From: Vicugna vicugna
Taxonomy: Eukaryota
NCBI GenBank assembly: GCA_013265495.1
Contig: MU058879.1
Span: 1,175,590-1,239,589 of the forward strand
DNA: 64,000 nt
Reading direction: 5' to 3'
The notes beneath the pieces are model-generated. The model ran no database searches. It was not told where the DNA came from and saw nothing but the letters and a program-made list of their open reading frames with translations. This document shows, piece after piece, positions 11,503 to 23,750 of this stretch; position 1 is the first letter of the stretch; every line of letters begins with the position of its first letter. The position numbers were made by a program, and so were the translations under genes.

Positions 11503-13099
11503 AAAAGGCACTGTTAAAAAAGTTACTGTCTCAATTTTCTCTCCTTCCCCGACTCCCACTGTGTGTGTGTTGGTGTGTGTACATGTGTCTGGCAAAAGAT
11601 GTATCTATCATGTATAAAGAACTCTTATATAACTCAAGAATCAGACAAACTATTCAATTTAAAAAAAAAGGAAAAGAAAAAGGACTTTAACAGATACTTT
11701 ACAAAAATTCAGTAAACACATGGAAAGGTGTTCAACATCACTCAGTAGTCATCAAAGAAATGCAGACTAAATCTCAGTGAGATTCCTCTTCACACCCACT
11801 ACAATGGCTAGAACTAAAAAGACTGAGAACAGCACATGTTGGCAAGAGTGTGGTCTGACTGAAACTCTCATATACTGCTGATGAGAGTATATAATGATAC
11901 AATCTCTTTGGGAGAACATTTGTGAGTTCTTAAGGAGTGAAACATACACCTACCCAGCAGTCCCATGCTTAGAGATTTACCAAAGAGAAATAAAAGCATA
12001 TGTTTGCAAAAAGACTTGTGCATGAATGTTTATAGTTGCTTTACTCATAATAACTGAAAACTGTAAACAACATAAAAGTCATCACAGAGGAGAAGAGATA
12101 AACAAATTGTGGTGTATTTATACAATATAGCAGTGCATAGCAATTAAAAGGAACAAACTACTGATACATACAATAATATGGTTGAATCACAGAACCATTA
12201 TGTTGACTCACAAGTGAGACACAAATAAATACATACCATATAGTTTCATTTATACAAAGTTCACGAACAGACCAAACTAATCTATGGTATTAAAAATCAG
12301 AACAGTGGTTGCCTATGTGGATAAAGATTGATTGGAAGAGAACACAAGGGAACTTGCTTGAGTGTTGGAAATTTTCAGCTTCTTGATAAGGATGTTTGCT
12401 GCATACGTGTATATAGTTGTCAAAATTCATAGGATTGTGCACTTAAGATATGTGAATTCCAATCCACAGATATTTTATCTCAAAAGAAAAAAATAGTGAA
12501 GGAAAAGTATACTGGTCAAGACCTGAGCTGCCCCCAGACTTCGTAAAATGCCTCAATTCCAACTTCCAAATGTCCTCTGAGATCACGAAGTGTTTCTTCT
12601 CCCCACTCTGCCTCTCAGGGGTCTACTTGGTCTCCAAAAGGTGAACACTAAGGGACACTGGGAAAAACACAAAGGCCAGGACGAGCAGAAACACCTTATT
12701 CTAAGGTTGGTCCCCTCTCACTGCAAATATTTAACATTTTCCAGAATTAAGTGTAACTCTTTCCAGGTGATGATGACTAATCACGATAATGATAAGTCAC
12801 TCACATTTGTAGAGTGGTTTATAATTGACAGAGTGTTTCTAATATGTGAGAGCAGGTGTGCCTAGGTGCTATATTAAAATTGATATCTTTCATTTTGCTC
12901 ATCTTCTTTTCTAGCCAGTGGATGAACATTAAAGGATGCTTTGCTTATCCATATATCAGTACTTAAGAATCAAAGCAATGACGTCCACTTTTAACCATCC
13001 CCAAAAGCCATTCTGCTTCATTCCTTGGATGCTAAAACTGTAGAACCCAGTGAGTTGGAATCACACTGGATGGTTCTGAACTTAATGCTCTTTTTTCTT

Positions 13100-13770
13100 C
13101 ATCATTTATTCATTAAAATAATTGTGTGTGCATCAAGTATTCTGTGCTGGGCATTTTCTGGGGGTTGGAGTTTCATACTAAATAAATCCCATTCTTCCGT
13201 TTAAGGATGATCCTGTAACAGAAATTTAAATAATACAATATGAGGATGCAAGTGTAAATAAAGTCATTTCAAAACATTATGAGAGTCCCAGTGAAGGAGG
13301 TGTTAACTGTGTGAGGTCTCTACCTTGAGTCTCTTTGGAATGAGATGAGGTTTAAATAAACAAAGAAAACTATACAGTTTGGAACAGGGTGCCACGGAAA
13401 GCACCAGAGACCGTACATTTAAGTTACTCTTGAAGAAATGCATGATTTAGCCAGGAGAAGAGTAGATAAGATGGACAGGAGATTAGGGTGAAAAAACTCT
13501 AGGCAGAAGAAAGAACGTAGGCAGGTGTGGTATCACAAAGGATGAGGGGAGGTCCTTTCTCAAAGCAACCTACTCAGCACTGGGGGAGTAGTGACAGCAT
13601 GCTTCAGGGAAAGAGGAGATGTGCCCAGAAAAGGAATGGAGTGTAATCACAATGAACTTGATATGCCAGGCAAAGGAGCCTGGAAGTTATGCTGTAGGCT
13701 AAGAGCAGCTACTGTCATTTTAAGCAGGATACTGATGTGATCAGATGAGCACTTTAAAAAGATGCCACTG
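13100..13770 (-). mobile_element. L2 fragments
   Basis: catttattcatt...tgtgctgggc antisense L2 tail plus purine-rich L2-like body; highly diverged. Confidence 0.5.
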
Positions 13771-13995
13771 TAGCACAGGGAAATATATACAAGATTTCGT
13801 GGTAGCTCACAGCAAAAAAAAAAAAAAAGAAAAGAAAATGAATATATGTATGTTACTGTATAACTGAAAAATTGTGCTCTACACTGGAATTTGACACAAC
13901 ATTGTATAATGACTATTACTTAATAAAAAATTTTAAAAAACATAAAATAAAGATAAAATGTTTTTGTTAACAGGAAAAAAATTTAAAAAATAAAT
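13771..13995 (+). mobile_element. Short camelid L1 3' tail of a different subfamily from its neighbour
   Basis: tagcacagggaaatatatacaagat...gtagctcacagc...aaaattgtgctctacactggaatttgacacaacattg followed by an A-rich tail. Confidence 0.85.
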
Positions 13996-14006
13996 AAATG
14001 CCACTG

Positions 14007-14734
14007 AATGCAGTTTGATGCAGTCATTATAGAAAACAGTATGGAGGTTCCTTAAAAAACTGAAAATAGACCTACCCTATGATCCAGCAATCCCACTCCT
14101 GGGCATATATCCAGAGGGAACTCTAATTTGAAAAGATACACGCACCCCAGTGTTCATAGCAGCACATGGAAGCAACCTGGGTGTCCACTGACAGATGACT
14201 GGATACAAAAGTTGTGGTATATTTATATAGTGGAATATTACTCAGCCATAAAAAAGAATAAAATAATGCCGTTTACAGCAACATGGATGGACCTGGAGAT
14301 CATCACTGTAAGTGAAGCAAGCCAGAAAGAAAAAGAAAAATACCATTTGATATCACTTATATGTAGAATCTAAAAATAAAAAAAGGGACATAAATGAACT
14401 AATTTACAAAACAGAGACAGACTCACAGACATAGAAAGTAAATTTACAGTTTATTTTCAGCTAGGGGGGAAAGAGGAGGGGAGGAATAAATTGAGAGTTC
14501 AGGATATGCAGATACTAACTACTATATATAGAATAGATAAATGACAAGATCCTAAAGTCAAACTGAGTCAAACTGTACAGCAGGGAACTATATTCAATAC
14601 CTTTCAATAGCCTATAATGAAAAAGAATATGAAAAGAAAAAATATATATAAATGAATCACTGTGCTATCCACCAGAAATTAACACAACATTGTTACTTCA
14701 ATAAAAAAAATTAAAAGATAGATAAATAAATAAT
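14007..14734 (+). mobile_element. 5'-truncated L1 (ORF2 C-terminus and 3' UTR)
   Basis: gaaaacagtatggaggttccttaaaaaactgaaaatagacctaccctatgatccagcaatcccactcctgggcatatatccag. ORF 14128-14373 resembles the L1 ORF2 C-terminus (DWIQKLWYIYIVEYYSAIKKNKIMPFTATWMDLE). Confidence 0.92.
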
Positions 14735-14949
14735 AAAAAGGTGCCACTGGCCCACATACAACAGTGGCTCTCAGCCAAGGTGCATCTGCAGAGGAAACGA
14801 GTTGCGTCAAAAGCAATCTTTTGTTATTTGCGGTTAAACTGATGCAATTTTGAGTGACGCTGTTTTTACACTTATTAGAATAAAATTAAAGCTACCATCC
14901 ATTCACTTTTTACTCATTCACTTTGAAAACACACACTGAGGTCGTTCAC

Positions 14950-15440
14950 GTGCCTCCCGGCAGCTGCTCTCCACCCTTCTCTGCACTACTCTGTGCCCTG
15001 CGAGGCTAATCCTCGAGGACTGCAGACCACGTTCACCTGCCCCCGTGCTCTCTGGCTTTCAGCTGGGTTAGGACAGTGGGGCGTGAGCAGGAAATCAGAG
15101 GGCGAGGGTGGAGTGAGGTCAGGAGGTTCTTCCCTCCCATCCTTCCCTGCTGGGTTGGCTGCGTGCACCTCTCTGCTGAGGCTGGAGCTCCTGTCACGTG
15201 GTTTCCTCACCCTGCTCTTTCCAAGTCCCAGGGATTGTTCTGGTAACTGGTCCCTCCTTTACCCACTTAACTAGCGGGTGCTAAGTGCTCCTGGCTCTCA
15301 CCAACCTGAGATCCCATGCGGCCTTTTGTTCCTTTTCCTGAAGTTTATCCACACCTTAGTAAATAGTCCTTCTATTAAATCTTCTTAACTTACCCAGTTT
15401 AAGAGTGCCTTCTGTTTCTGCAAGGATGCTGACTGCCACA
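14950..15440 (+). mobile_element. ERVL solo LTR (LTR33/LTR16 group)
   Basis: ctctgtgccctgcgaggct...ctctggctttcagctgggtt...gcaggaaatcagagggc and the 3' end gtaaatagtccttctattaaa...gtgccttctgtttctg...ctgactgccaca. Confidence 0.75.
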
Positions 15441-15459
15441 CATACATCTCTTTCACAAT

Positions 15460-16360
15460 TACTATGAGCCGGGACCTCTTTTCAGCCCTGAGGAACAGCA
15501 GTGAAGATGACAAAGCCCCTCTTGTCTTGAAGCTTAATGTGGAGGAGACATTCAATGACAAACAAGCACATAAATATACTATAATGCTTAGAGAGTTATG
15601 CTGAAAAGAAACACAAAAAGCAAGTCGCTGTGAACACCCAGGGCTGGGTCAGGGGCTGGCTTGGGGTTCTGCTTTGGGCAGAGACCTGAGTCTAGCGAAT
15701 GTTGTTTTTTCCACTAAGCTCAAGCTCACCCACATTTGTGATATGCTTTCTTGACTGAGGGCGGAAAATAAAGAGAAAGGAACAGTCACAAGATATGTTG
15801 AGAACCCATTTCCAACAGAGCTGAGTGATAAATGTGGAAGGTAGGTTTCCAGTCGGGACTGTGTAATGGTGGCACTGTTAACTCACACGGGAAGCCAACT
15901 GAAATGCTGATTCAGTGGGGAGGATCATATGTTTAGTTTGGGACATAATTGCCTGTTTGATACTCCAGTGAATACACCCATTTATCAGCTGAAATTATAG
16001 ACACGGAGCTAAGGGAGAAATCTGGACTGAAGGTAGGATACACACGCATCTTCAGTGATGAACGGTGGTTGACTCTTTGGGAGGAAAGAAGAGTGTAGAA
16101 AAATGAAAGATGGGCCAAAGCCAGATTAACATTAAGTGTGTGAAGGATGAATCAGTAAAAGAGAGTGAGAAAGAATGCTTTGAAATGTAGGCGGAGAGAG
16201 AAGATAGAGAAGGGTCTCTGGAAAGAGGATGTCCAGGCTGTCTGGAGATCGGGTAAGGTGAGGACCGAACAGTGTCCTCCAGATTAAGTCACTGGGAAAG
16301 TTCCGGGTGCATTAACTAAGCAGTTTCAACAGAAAGATGGGAAGAGAAGCTGGGCCAGGT
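15460..16360 (-). mobile_element. L2 fragments
   Basis: Antisense L2 body motifs, e.g. gtttagtttgggacat, ggagctaagggagaaatctggactgaag, gtaaggtgaggaccgaacagtgtcc. Confidence 0.65.
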
Positions 16361-16399
16361 TTTAAGCCAAGTGAGTAAGAATCTGAAAGAAAAAGGTGA

Positions 16400-16620
16400 G
16401 CGTTGTGACTTTGGAGTTAGAGACCTGGGTTTGAATTCCTGTCCTCTCTCTCCTCTGGTTGTGGGGCTTACACAGATCACTTAATCCCTGCGGGTCTAAA
16501 TTCCATCCTCAGGTGGAAAACAGAAATAAGGCCTTTCCCCCTCCCATTCCATGAATTCTTCTGAGAGTCAAATGAGTTGGGTCCGTAAAAAGACTTAACC
16601 ACAAATTGGTAACTATAAAT
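16400..16620 (+). mobile_element. MIR SINE
   Basis: tttggagttagagacctgggtttgaattcctg...cacttaatccctgcgggtctaaattccatcctc. Confidence 0.7.
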
Positions 16621-17374
16621 TGGGTTCTATAAGGTGAGGTATTGCTCAAATAATATTAGAAGTGGCTCACTACGTGCAATGAGTGATTTTCAGAAAAGTT
16701 GCACAAATCTAACAGTAGTCAATATTTTAAATTAGTTTGCTGTTTAAAGAAACCTATAGTGAAACTTTTGGAAAGTGACAAATCATTTTTTAATGTGAAC
16801 AAGTCATTCTGCAATATTTTCTTTCTTTTTCTCTTTCTTCCTCTTTCCAGTTTTCGTTTCCCCTTCCTTTCTTCCTCTGTTTCTTTTTCTTTTTTCTTTA
16901 TTTCACCTGTATGGTTTCTTTACATCATAAAGTAGGACAGATCTATCTTAGGAAATGCAGGACACAAATAAAACAAGGACTTAGTGCCTCTTGGAAAATA
17001 AATCGTAATAAACTGTGAAGGGATGGGACACAGAACATACAAACCGAGGCAAAGCTTGGAAAAAGAGAGGACACCTACAACTATAAAGAGAAATAAACTG
17101 TTCTTCAGATCAGCACACCTACCAACGCCACAACTGCACAACGGGCAGCAGCCTTTCGAGCTGAGGGGCCGTTAATTGGCTGAGAAACATTCATCAGTAA
17201 GAAACAGATATTAGTAGGGGACGGCAAACAAGGGAAAAGTGCAAAGGAAGAGGGAAAAATCTGAAAAAGAAATCAGGAATAGAAAAATTAAAGGTAAAGA
17301 AAAAGAGAGAGGATGAATAAAGAAAAAACAGAGAATGAAATTGGAGAAGGAGAACTTAAACTTTGGTGGTCAAC

Positions 17375-17562
17375 TTAGATGGGAACCAAGACCCTACCAT
17401 CTCCCACCTTTTTGTCCTTGAACAAATTATTTAAACATTCTGAGCTTCTTTCCTCATCTAATAACAGAGATGGTCACAGCCACTTCATAAAGTGGTCGGG
17501 AGTATTAAATGAGAAAGTAAGTTCCTAGGAGACGTCTGGTATACCATAAGTATTTGCAAACG
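17375..17562 (+). mobile_element. MIR SINE
   Basis: gtccttgaacaaattattttaaacattctgagcttctttcctcatctaataacagagatg. Confidence 0.65.
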
Positions 17563-17915
17563 AGTAGATATAACAATTTTTTTTTAATTAGAGATCTGCA
17601 TTTCCCCAATCTGACTCTGCATCCTGAACAAACCAGAATAAAAGAAGTCTTGTGAAAGTAATTTTGTAAACAGTGTGGTTCACACTAAGGCTCTCAAAAT
17701 ATTTGCCCAGCCATGAGGGTGAGTTCATTCGAACACCCCCATGTCCGTTTTCTTCTGGTCCCTTTCTCTGCCTCTACTAGAAATTAGCAGCTCTTTCCAC
17801 TGCATCTGGTTTAGAGATTCTGAATACTGTATGCACCTAAAGCTACAGTCATAAACCGCTAAAAATCACCACATTATTTATTCAGAATCATCAGCTTCCC
17901 TGCCTCTGATGACTC

Positions 17916-18319
17916 NNNNNNNNNNNNNNNNNNNNNNNNNNNNNNNNNNNNNNNNNNNNNNNNNNNNNNNNNNNNNNNNNNNNNNNNNNNNNNNNNNNNN
18001 NNNNNNNNNNNNNNNNNNNNNNNNNNNNNNNNNNNNNNNNNNNNNNNNNNNNNNNNNNNNNNNNNNNNNNNNNNNNNNNATGANNNNNNNNNNNNNNNNN
18101 NNNNNNNNNNNNNNNNNNNNNNNNNNNNNNNNNNNNNNNNNNNNNNNNNNNNNNNNNNNNNNNNNNNNNNNNNNNNNNNNNNNNNNNNNNNNNNNNNNNN
18201 NNNNNNNNNNNNNNNNNNNNNNNNNNNNNNNNNNNNNNNNNNNNNNNNNNNNNNNNNNNNNNNNNNNNNNNNNNNNNNNNNNNNNNNNNNNNNNNNNNNN
18301 NNNNNNNNNNNNNNNNNNN
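17916..18319. other. Two N-runs (164 and 236 nt) separated by a 4-nt island, atga (18080-18083)
   Basis: Directly visible. Confidence 0.99.
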
Positions 18320-19704
18320 GTTTACACTGGGAAATCAGAATCTGAAATTAGTCTGAGATACATTAAAAAATATAATGAACTCAGAGGAGTTGCACACACT
18401 ACAGAACTTTTGCGCTAAGGTAAATATATAGCCTGGCATAGCTACGCTGGAGATGAAAAAAAAATTATTAAAGCTCACTAAACCATGCTGCCTTTTTTCT
18501 TCCCTTGTCCCGCTTGTACCTCAAAGTGCTATCACAGTTAACGAGAAAAGTAAGGTATTTGGTACCTAAGAGAACACTCTTGTCCTCGCTTCCTCATTAC
18601 TTACCCTAAAATTATTTTGAAAAAGCCTCGCTCTTGTATTCCAATGAGCACAGGTCCCTAGCAATTGCTCGTGATGGAGAGCAAGAACGCTGGTCTGGGG
18701 TCATGGCGTCTAGTGTCTTACGAGCAGTACCCCTCGTTCATTTCATGGTGCTGGAGAGGTTCATTCATTTCTTTAGATCTGTTTCTCTCTATTGGGATCC
18801 AAGTTACAAAGAAGAGAAGGCTCTGATTATTGGTTGATATGCATACCTTATATAATTCTGTATGTTCGTATCCCAGAAATATTTAAGGCTTTTTCCCTGA
18901 TTGGTGGCATTATGCAATTATGCAAATAACCTGTTATATCCAGGCACATTATGCCAGTATGTAAATGATCTATTTCATTTATATTTCCCACAGAGTAATG
19001 GGGTAGGGAAGAAATGCTCTCCTGCATTTCCCCTGGTTTGTAACATGTTGTTCAGACATATTCAGCTGGGTGTTCAGTCTTGGGATTTCTGGGGCCGCGT
19101 ATGAGTTAGTCTTTCTGTCAGATCACCACGACCTGTCCCTAACTTTACCATTCAATTCAGCAAATACTTATTGAGCGCTTTTTGTGTACCAGGTGTTTAT
19201 GCAGGTGAGGATAACCCAAAGGGACTCAGGTCTTGCTCAGGTCGATGCTGGGAGGGACGTTGCTTCCTTGCGATCTTCCCTCTCTGACTACCTGGACACG
19301 TGATGAAGTCTAAGTCTGTTCATTTTAGAACTTCTTAGCCACACCAGAAAAGATTCTTTAAATTCAGAAAAAAGTAAAAAGGAATCATTTAGAAGGGCTA
19401 ATTGCATGTTATGCAACGAAATAGAAAGAAGTAGTTAAATAGTTTAAATATAGATACGGTCATAGAAAACAGGCTACAATTAAGATACAAATCTAACTAC
19501 AAGAAGGACCTGGGATGAACTAAAGTTTCTCTGCATTTGGAAGCTGAGTTAAATCCACTCACATTTGCCCGGTACATCACTTCTGGCCTCTTGCAATATC
19601 GCACATGCTCGCCTACAATCCTCAGGAATTTTATCATTTCCTTTTATCAAGACTCATTGCTAACTGCAGAGAGTTCTCAGCCTCTCTGTCAGCATCTGCT
19701 TCAC

Positions 19705-19800
19705 ATATATTGATTCATTTAACAAATACTTATTGAGCACCTAGCAGGAGTCGGGGCGCCAGCCCTCATGGAGTCTGGTGGAGGAGAAGTTAATCCCAGA
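19705..19800 (-). mobile_element. L2 3' tail fragment
   Basis: ttcatttaacaaatacttattgagcacct; a similar tail fragment lies at about 19148-19200. Confidence 0.6.
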
Positions 19801-20132
19801 ACACAGGCGCGAACTGAGCTAGGAGCTTGGGAAGAGAGGCGTCCGGGTTAGACAGTGTCCTGTCAGGGAGAGCAGGGAAGGCTCAGACTTTCCGATCCTC
19901 AGACTTTTCCAACCGCGTTGAGTTGAAACAAGATGTTTTCATCAGCTATCACACGTCTCTGTGCCAATAGATACTGGCCGATTTTGCAGGATGGACATTC
20001 TATAAAATCATCCGATTTCTTCCCTCTGTGTTAGTTGTAGTGAATGGGATTTTTTAAAACTCCTTCGGATTTGGGCAGGAGCAGATCAATTTCTGGTCTG
20101 AGTACTCTACCCAAAGTCTTTCCCCAGTTCTT

Positions 20133-20157
20133 AAAACAAAACAAAACAAAACAAAAA
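20133..20157. repeat. (AAAAC)n simple repeat
   Basis: aaaacaaaacaaaacaaaacaaaaa. Confidence 0.95.
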
Positions 20158-20469
20158 CTCCACAATTTCTTTCTGTCATATATTGTTGTCTAACCATTTC
20201 ATAATCACTTATGCTGTTGTTGAATCAGCATTAAGTACTCAATCTGATTTACTATTTAACTCCTCTTGTAAGTGGAGGATCTTTCTGAGAAAGATAGAGA
20301 TAAAATAATTCTTAAAACTCTCAGGAGTCTACGCACTCTCAATAGAATATATTGGTCATTAACTGCTTCCAATTATAATTCAATTCTATGGCATTTACTA
20401 TGCATGGAAATTGCAGTCTTGTTTCCATCCATTCACTCCTCTTCCCCTGTAAACATACTCTATGTCAGT

Positions 20470-20790
20470 CTTTTGCCGTGTGACTTACACACCTTCCTAG
20501 GGAGAAGCTAACTCCGCCCACCTGCTATCAGCTTGGTCACGTGACTTGCTTTGGCCCATGAGATGAGAGCAAATGGCAGGTACACCTGTTGTGAGTAAAA
20601 GCTTTTAGGTTCTTTATATGTGTTTTCTTCATGTCTCTCCTGTTCTTTCCCCTCTGACAGAGGGATGGCATATCCCAGAGAAGGCTCGCTGCTTCTGACT
20701 CAGGATTCTGAAAGGAAAAAGGCACGTGGAGCAGAGCAGAGACACAACCAAGGGAGAAACAAGTGTGCGGTGACAGCCTCCCATAGTGAA
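20470..20790 (+). mobile_element. MaLR LTR fragment (MLT1J/K type)
   Basis: ttggtcacgtgacttgctttggcccatgagatgagagcaaa and gcacgtggagcagagc resemble old MLT1. Confidence 0.7.
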
Positions 20791-21769
20791 AGTCGACCCG
20801 TATATTAAGTACCACAGGGCTGCACCAGACTCCAAGCTAAGAGCTGGAGGGAGGACTATGATCCCTGCCCCGGAGGCATTCATAGCCTGCTCACTAGTTC
20901 TTGCACAGTGGCTTATAAACCCTGGGAGGTGTTGGAGGCCATAGTGAGTTTAAGTCATTAAAGTAAACGTAATTCACACACACACACGCATCCTAGAATC
21001 TCTGTAAGAAATGAAGACAAAACTCCTTTCCGCCTCATGCAAAATACAAATTTTAAAAAGAATCAATACAGGAGACTTAGATTTAGAAACACAAGACAAG
21101 TATCCAGTAACTCCCTTGTGATTTAGCAATCTCTGGGCCTCCTTCTCTTTCTTTATTTTAACTCTAAAACTTAGCAACTAGGATTAATAGCTCCTTGATT
21201 GCCCTCACCTCTCTACCCAAATAAAAAGACCAGTTTCCTCAATTCCTCTGCAAATGTTTGCAGTGGGGCCTGACTTCAACCCCCCAGGGTTAATATCAAG
21301 TATTCCCAATATCCACTCTTCGGATCTGAGCTAACCTTACAGCTCCAACACAGAGCTCCTCTGACGTGCGCCTGTGGTGTCTTAAAGCTGCCAGTAGCCC
21401 AAGCAGAAGACCTACGAACTTCCGGGGCATAGCATTCTGTGAGCATAAGATAAATTTGGTGAATTTACAATAGTTGGGAGATTCTAATAGTGACCCTTAG
21501 ATACTTGCAATTTGGGATAAAATGACATATTTGCAAGTGCAGTGCTCTTGGAAGAAGCACAGTGCTGTGGTCCAGTACCCACGCACTTACAGGAGGTTCT
21601 GGTCATTCCAATTCTAAGGCGTGTTCTAATACTGCAGTGTCCTTGTGTCTGATACATGGTTGTCATGAATAATTTATCTCATACTTTTCCTGTGCTTTTA
21701 GTATTTCAGAGAAAACACACAAGTTATATCTGTAATAGTTCCATGTTAACCTCTACAACAGAAGATCTT

Positions 21770-22012
21770 TTGAGGCAAAGAAACAGAGAAAGAGGAAGTA
21801 GAGATAAACTGATAGAAAAAAGGCAAAAACAGAAGGAGAAAGAGAGTCAGGGAGGGAGGGGAGGAGGGAAGGAAGAGGCAGCTGATGAAAGAAGCAGAGA
21901 GGAAGAGATAACTGAAGAGTAAAGAAGATGGAAAGAAGAGATGTGACTGGAGGGGGTCAGAGCTGGCAGAAAGGGAAGACCGTGAGAAGAGGGGAGAAAG
22001 AGTAGAAATAAA
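21770..22012 (+). repeat. GA-rich low-complexity polypurine tract
   Basis: About 240 nt dominated by A and G on the plus strand. Confidence 0.85.
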
Positions 22013-23750
22013 AACACACACTGCTTCAAAGACACTGTAAATAGAGGGAAAAAGCTAAAAGTAATGCTCAGAAAAGATGGAAATTGAGCATTTTTAAATG
22101 AGCAAGTGATCATTTTATTAAAGCTTATTGTAAATATGAAAACAAGAGGAAATGATTGAGGCTTTAGGGACCTCTAGGAATACGGTGACAAAGGAACAAA
22201 ATGGAAGTGAAGGTCAAGAGGGAAAGGGCTTAAAATAGTTGACTGGTCCTGACTAGAGGGAATAGTAGACAAAACTATTGAGAAACTAGAAGAGCACTGA
22301 TTTTTTTTGTTTACTATTATGATTACATTTTGTCTTTTTAACTTTTTATTGTGGTAAATGGATAGCACCAACAGCGGCAGTGTTGCATGCTGTACATCGT
22401 TCTCTGGGCTATATTACACATATAAATCTGGAACAGTATTGGATGAAAATGCACCCCAAAGGGAAAGTTTATCTCTGACATAAAAGTCAGAGATAAACTA
22501 TAAGTTGACAGTGTGCACAAAAATAATCATCTGTTCCAAACGGTGGACCCTTCGCTTCCCAATGCCAACTTTAAATTATGTTTGCCTTTCTCGTGCACTT
22601 TCAGACTTGTTACGTGGAGTCACAAACTAATATTTGTTTTGCTGCTTATTTGGAGGGAAATCATGTCTCGTTGCAGTTAAGCCAGGGAAGGTGGTGGAAC
22701 AGCACAACTTCACACTTTGACAGATGGAGACGATCCATCTCAGATCCAAACTAGTTCCTCCTCACATCTCCATGTGGACTTCCCTCTTCGTCATCTAAAG
22801 AGGTGTTCTTCTTGTTCACACGTCTTTTCTTTCAGAGTTTTTTCACACTCTTGTCTCAGGGAATGAAGTTCTCTCCTTTGGGAATAAATTTTGTTCTAGC
22901 TGAGAAAAGGATTGAGGCATCAATGTGCTTCATGCAAGAAAGAAAAAGAAAAGATTCCCTTGCAGCGTCTGTGTCTGGTCTTTGCCTGGCCGGGCTGAAG
23001 TTTGCTGTCTTCCAAAGTAGGGAGTCTTTTGCAGAATCGGCTGCTTGCCAGATTTAGTCTGGGCCTCATGGGCCTGAGATTTACTGTTTTTAATCTTTTT
23101 TCTGATGGGCATTCTAAATACCTGTTTCATGCAATGTTTAATTTCAGCACAGCAGGTATGAGTGTATCCAAAAATGGGAATAAGCCACCTGTTTCCTTGT
23201 ATGATGAAATGCCTGAAACACAGCAAGGTTTTTACAGCACCTAGCTTTTTATCCCCTCAACAGCCGGTGCCTGCTCCTTTAAAAACGGTACTTTTGATGG
23301 ATTCCTCTGACTATTTCTAAGACAATTTTCCATAGCCTGTCTCCCCACTCAGAAGGTGAAACTCCACATCTGTATTCCTTTGGACGGTTTTTGAGCTGAG
23401 ACTAATAGTCGGGAGAAAGGTTTGGGGCTAACTCCCTCTGACAGGATGGCAGCTTGAGGACATCAAAGAAAAGCAAGCTCTCTAAATTCTTCTGCGCAGA
23501 TGTTGATGACACCGAGAGAAATCATTGTCAACACTGTCAGCAACACCATTATCAAAACCTTTGTTAAAATTTACATAATCTAAAGAAGTGTTCGATCTTG
23601 AGTGCTCAATGAAGAAGTCACCTCAATGGGACATGACTTGTGAAGCTAATGCAACCGTGGCTGACGAATACGCTCAGTACAATGTTTAAAAGCAAAGGCA
23701 ATTGCTTCTTCTTCTTTTTTTTTTAATTTACTTTTATTTATCTTTTCTTT

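Larger units (their letters stand above)
10055..12493 (+). mobile_element. Old L1 (L1MC/L1ME-type) ORF2 remnant and 3' UTR, interrupted by an MLT1 LTR and a SINE
   Basis: Degenerate ORF2 motifs (aaatacttaggaataaatttaacaaaaatgtacaagac; aaagctacagcaatcaagacagtg; gacttcatcaaaatgaaaaacatctgc) and an L1M 3' UTR ending attgtgcacttaagatatgtgaatt...tatctcaaaagaaaaaaa. Confidence 0.85.
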
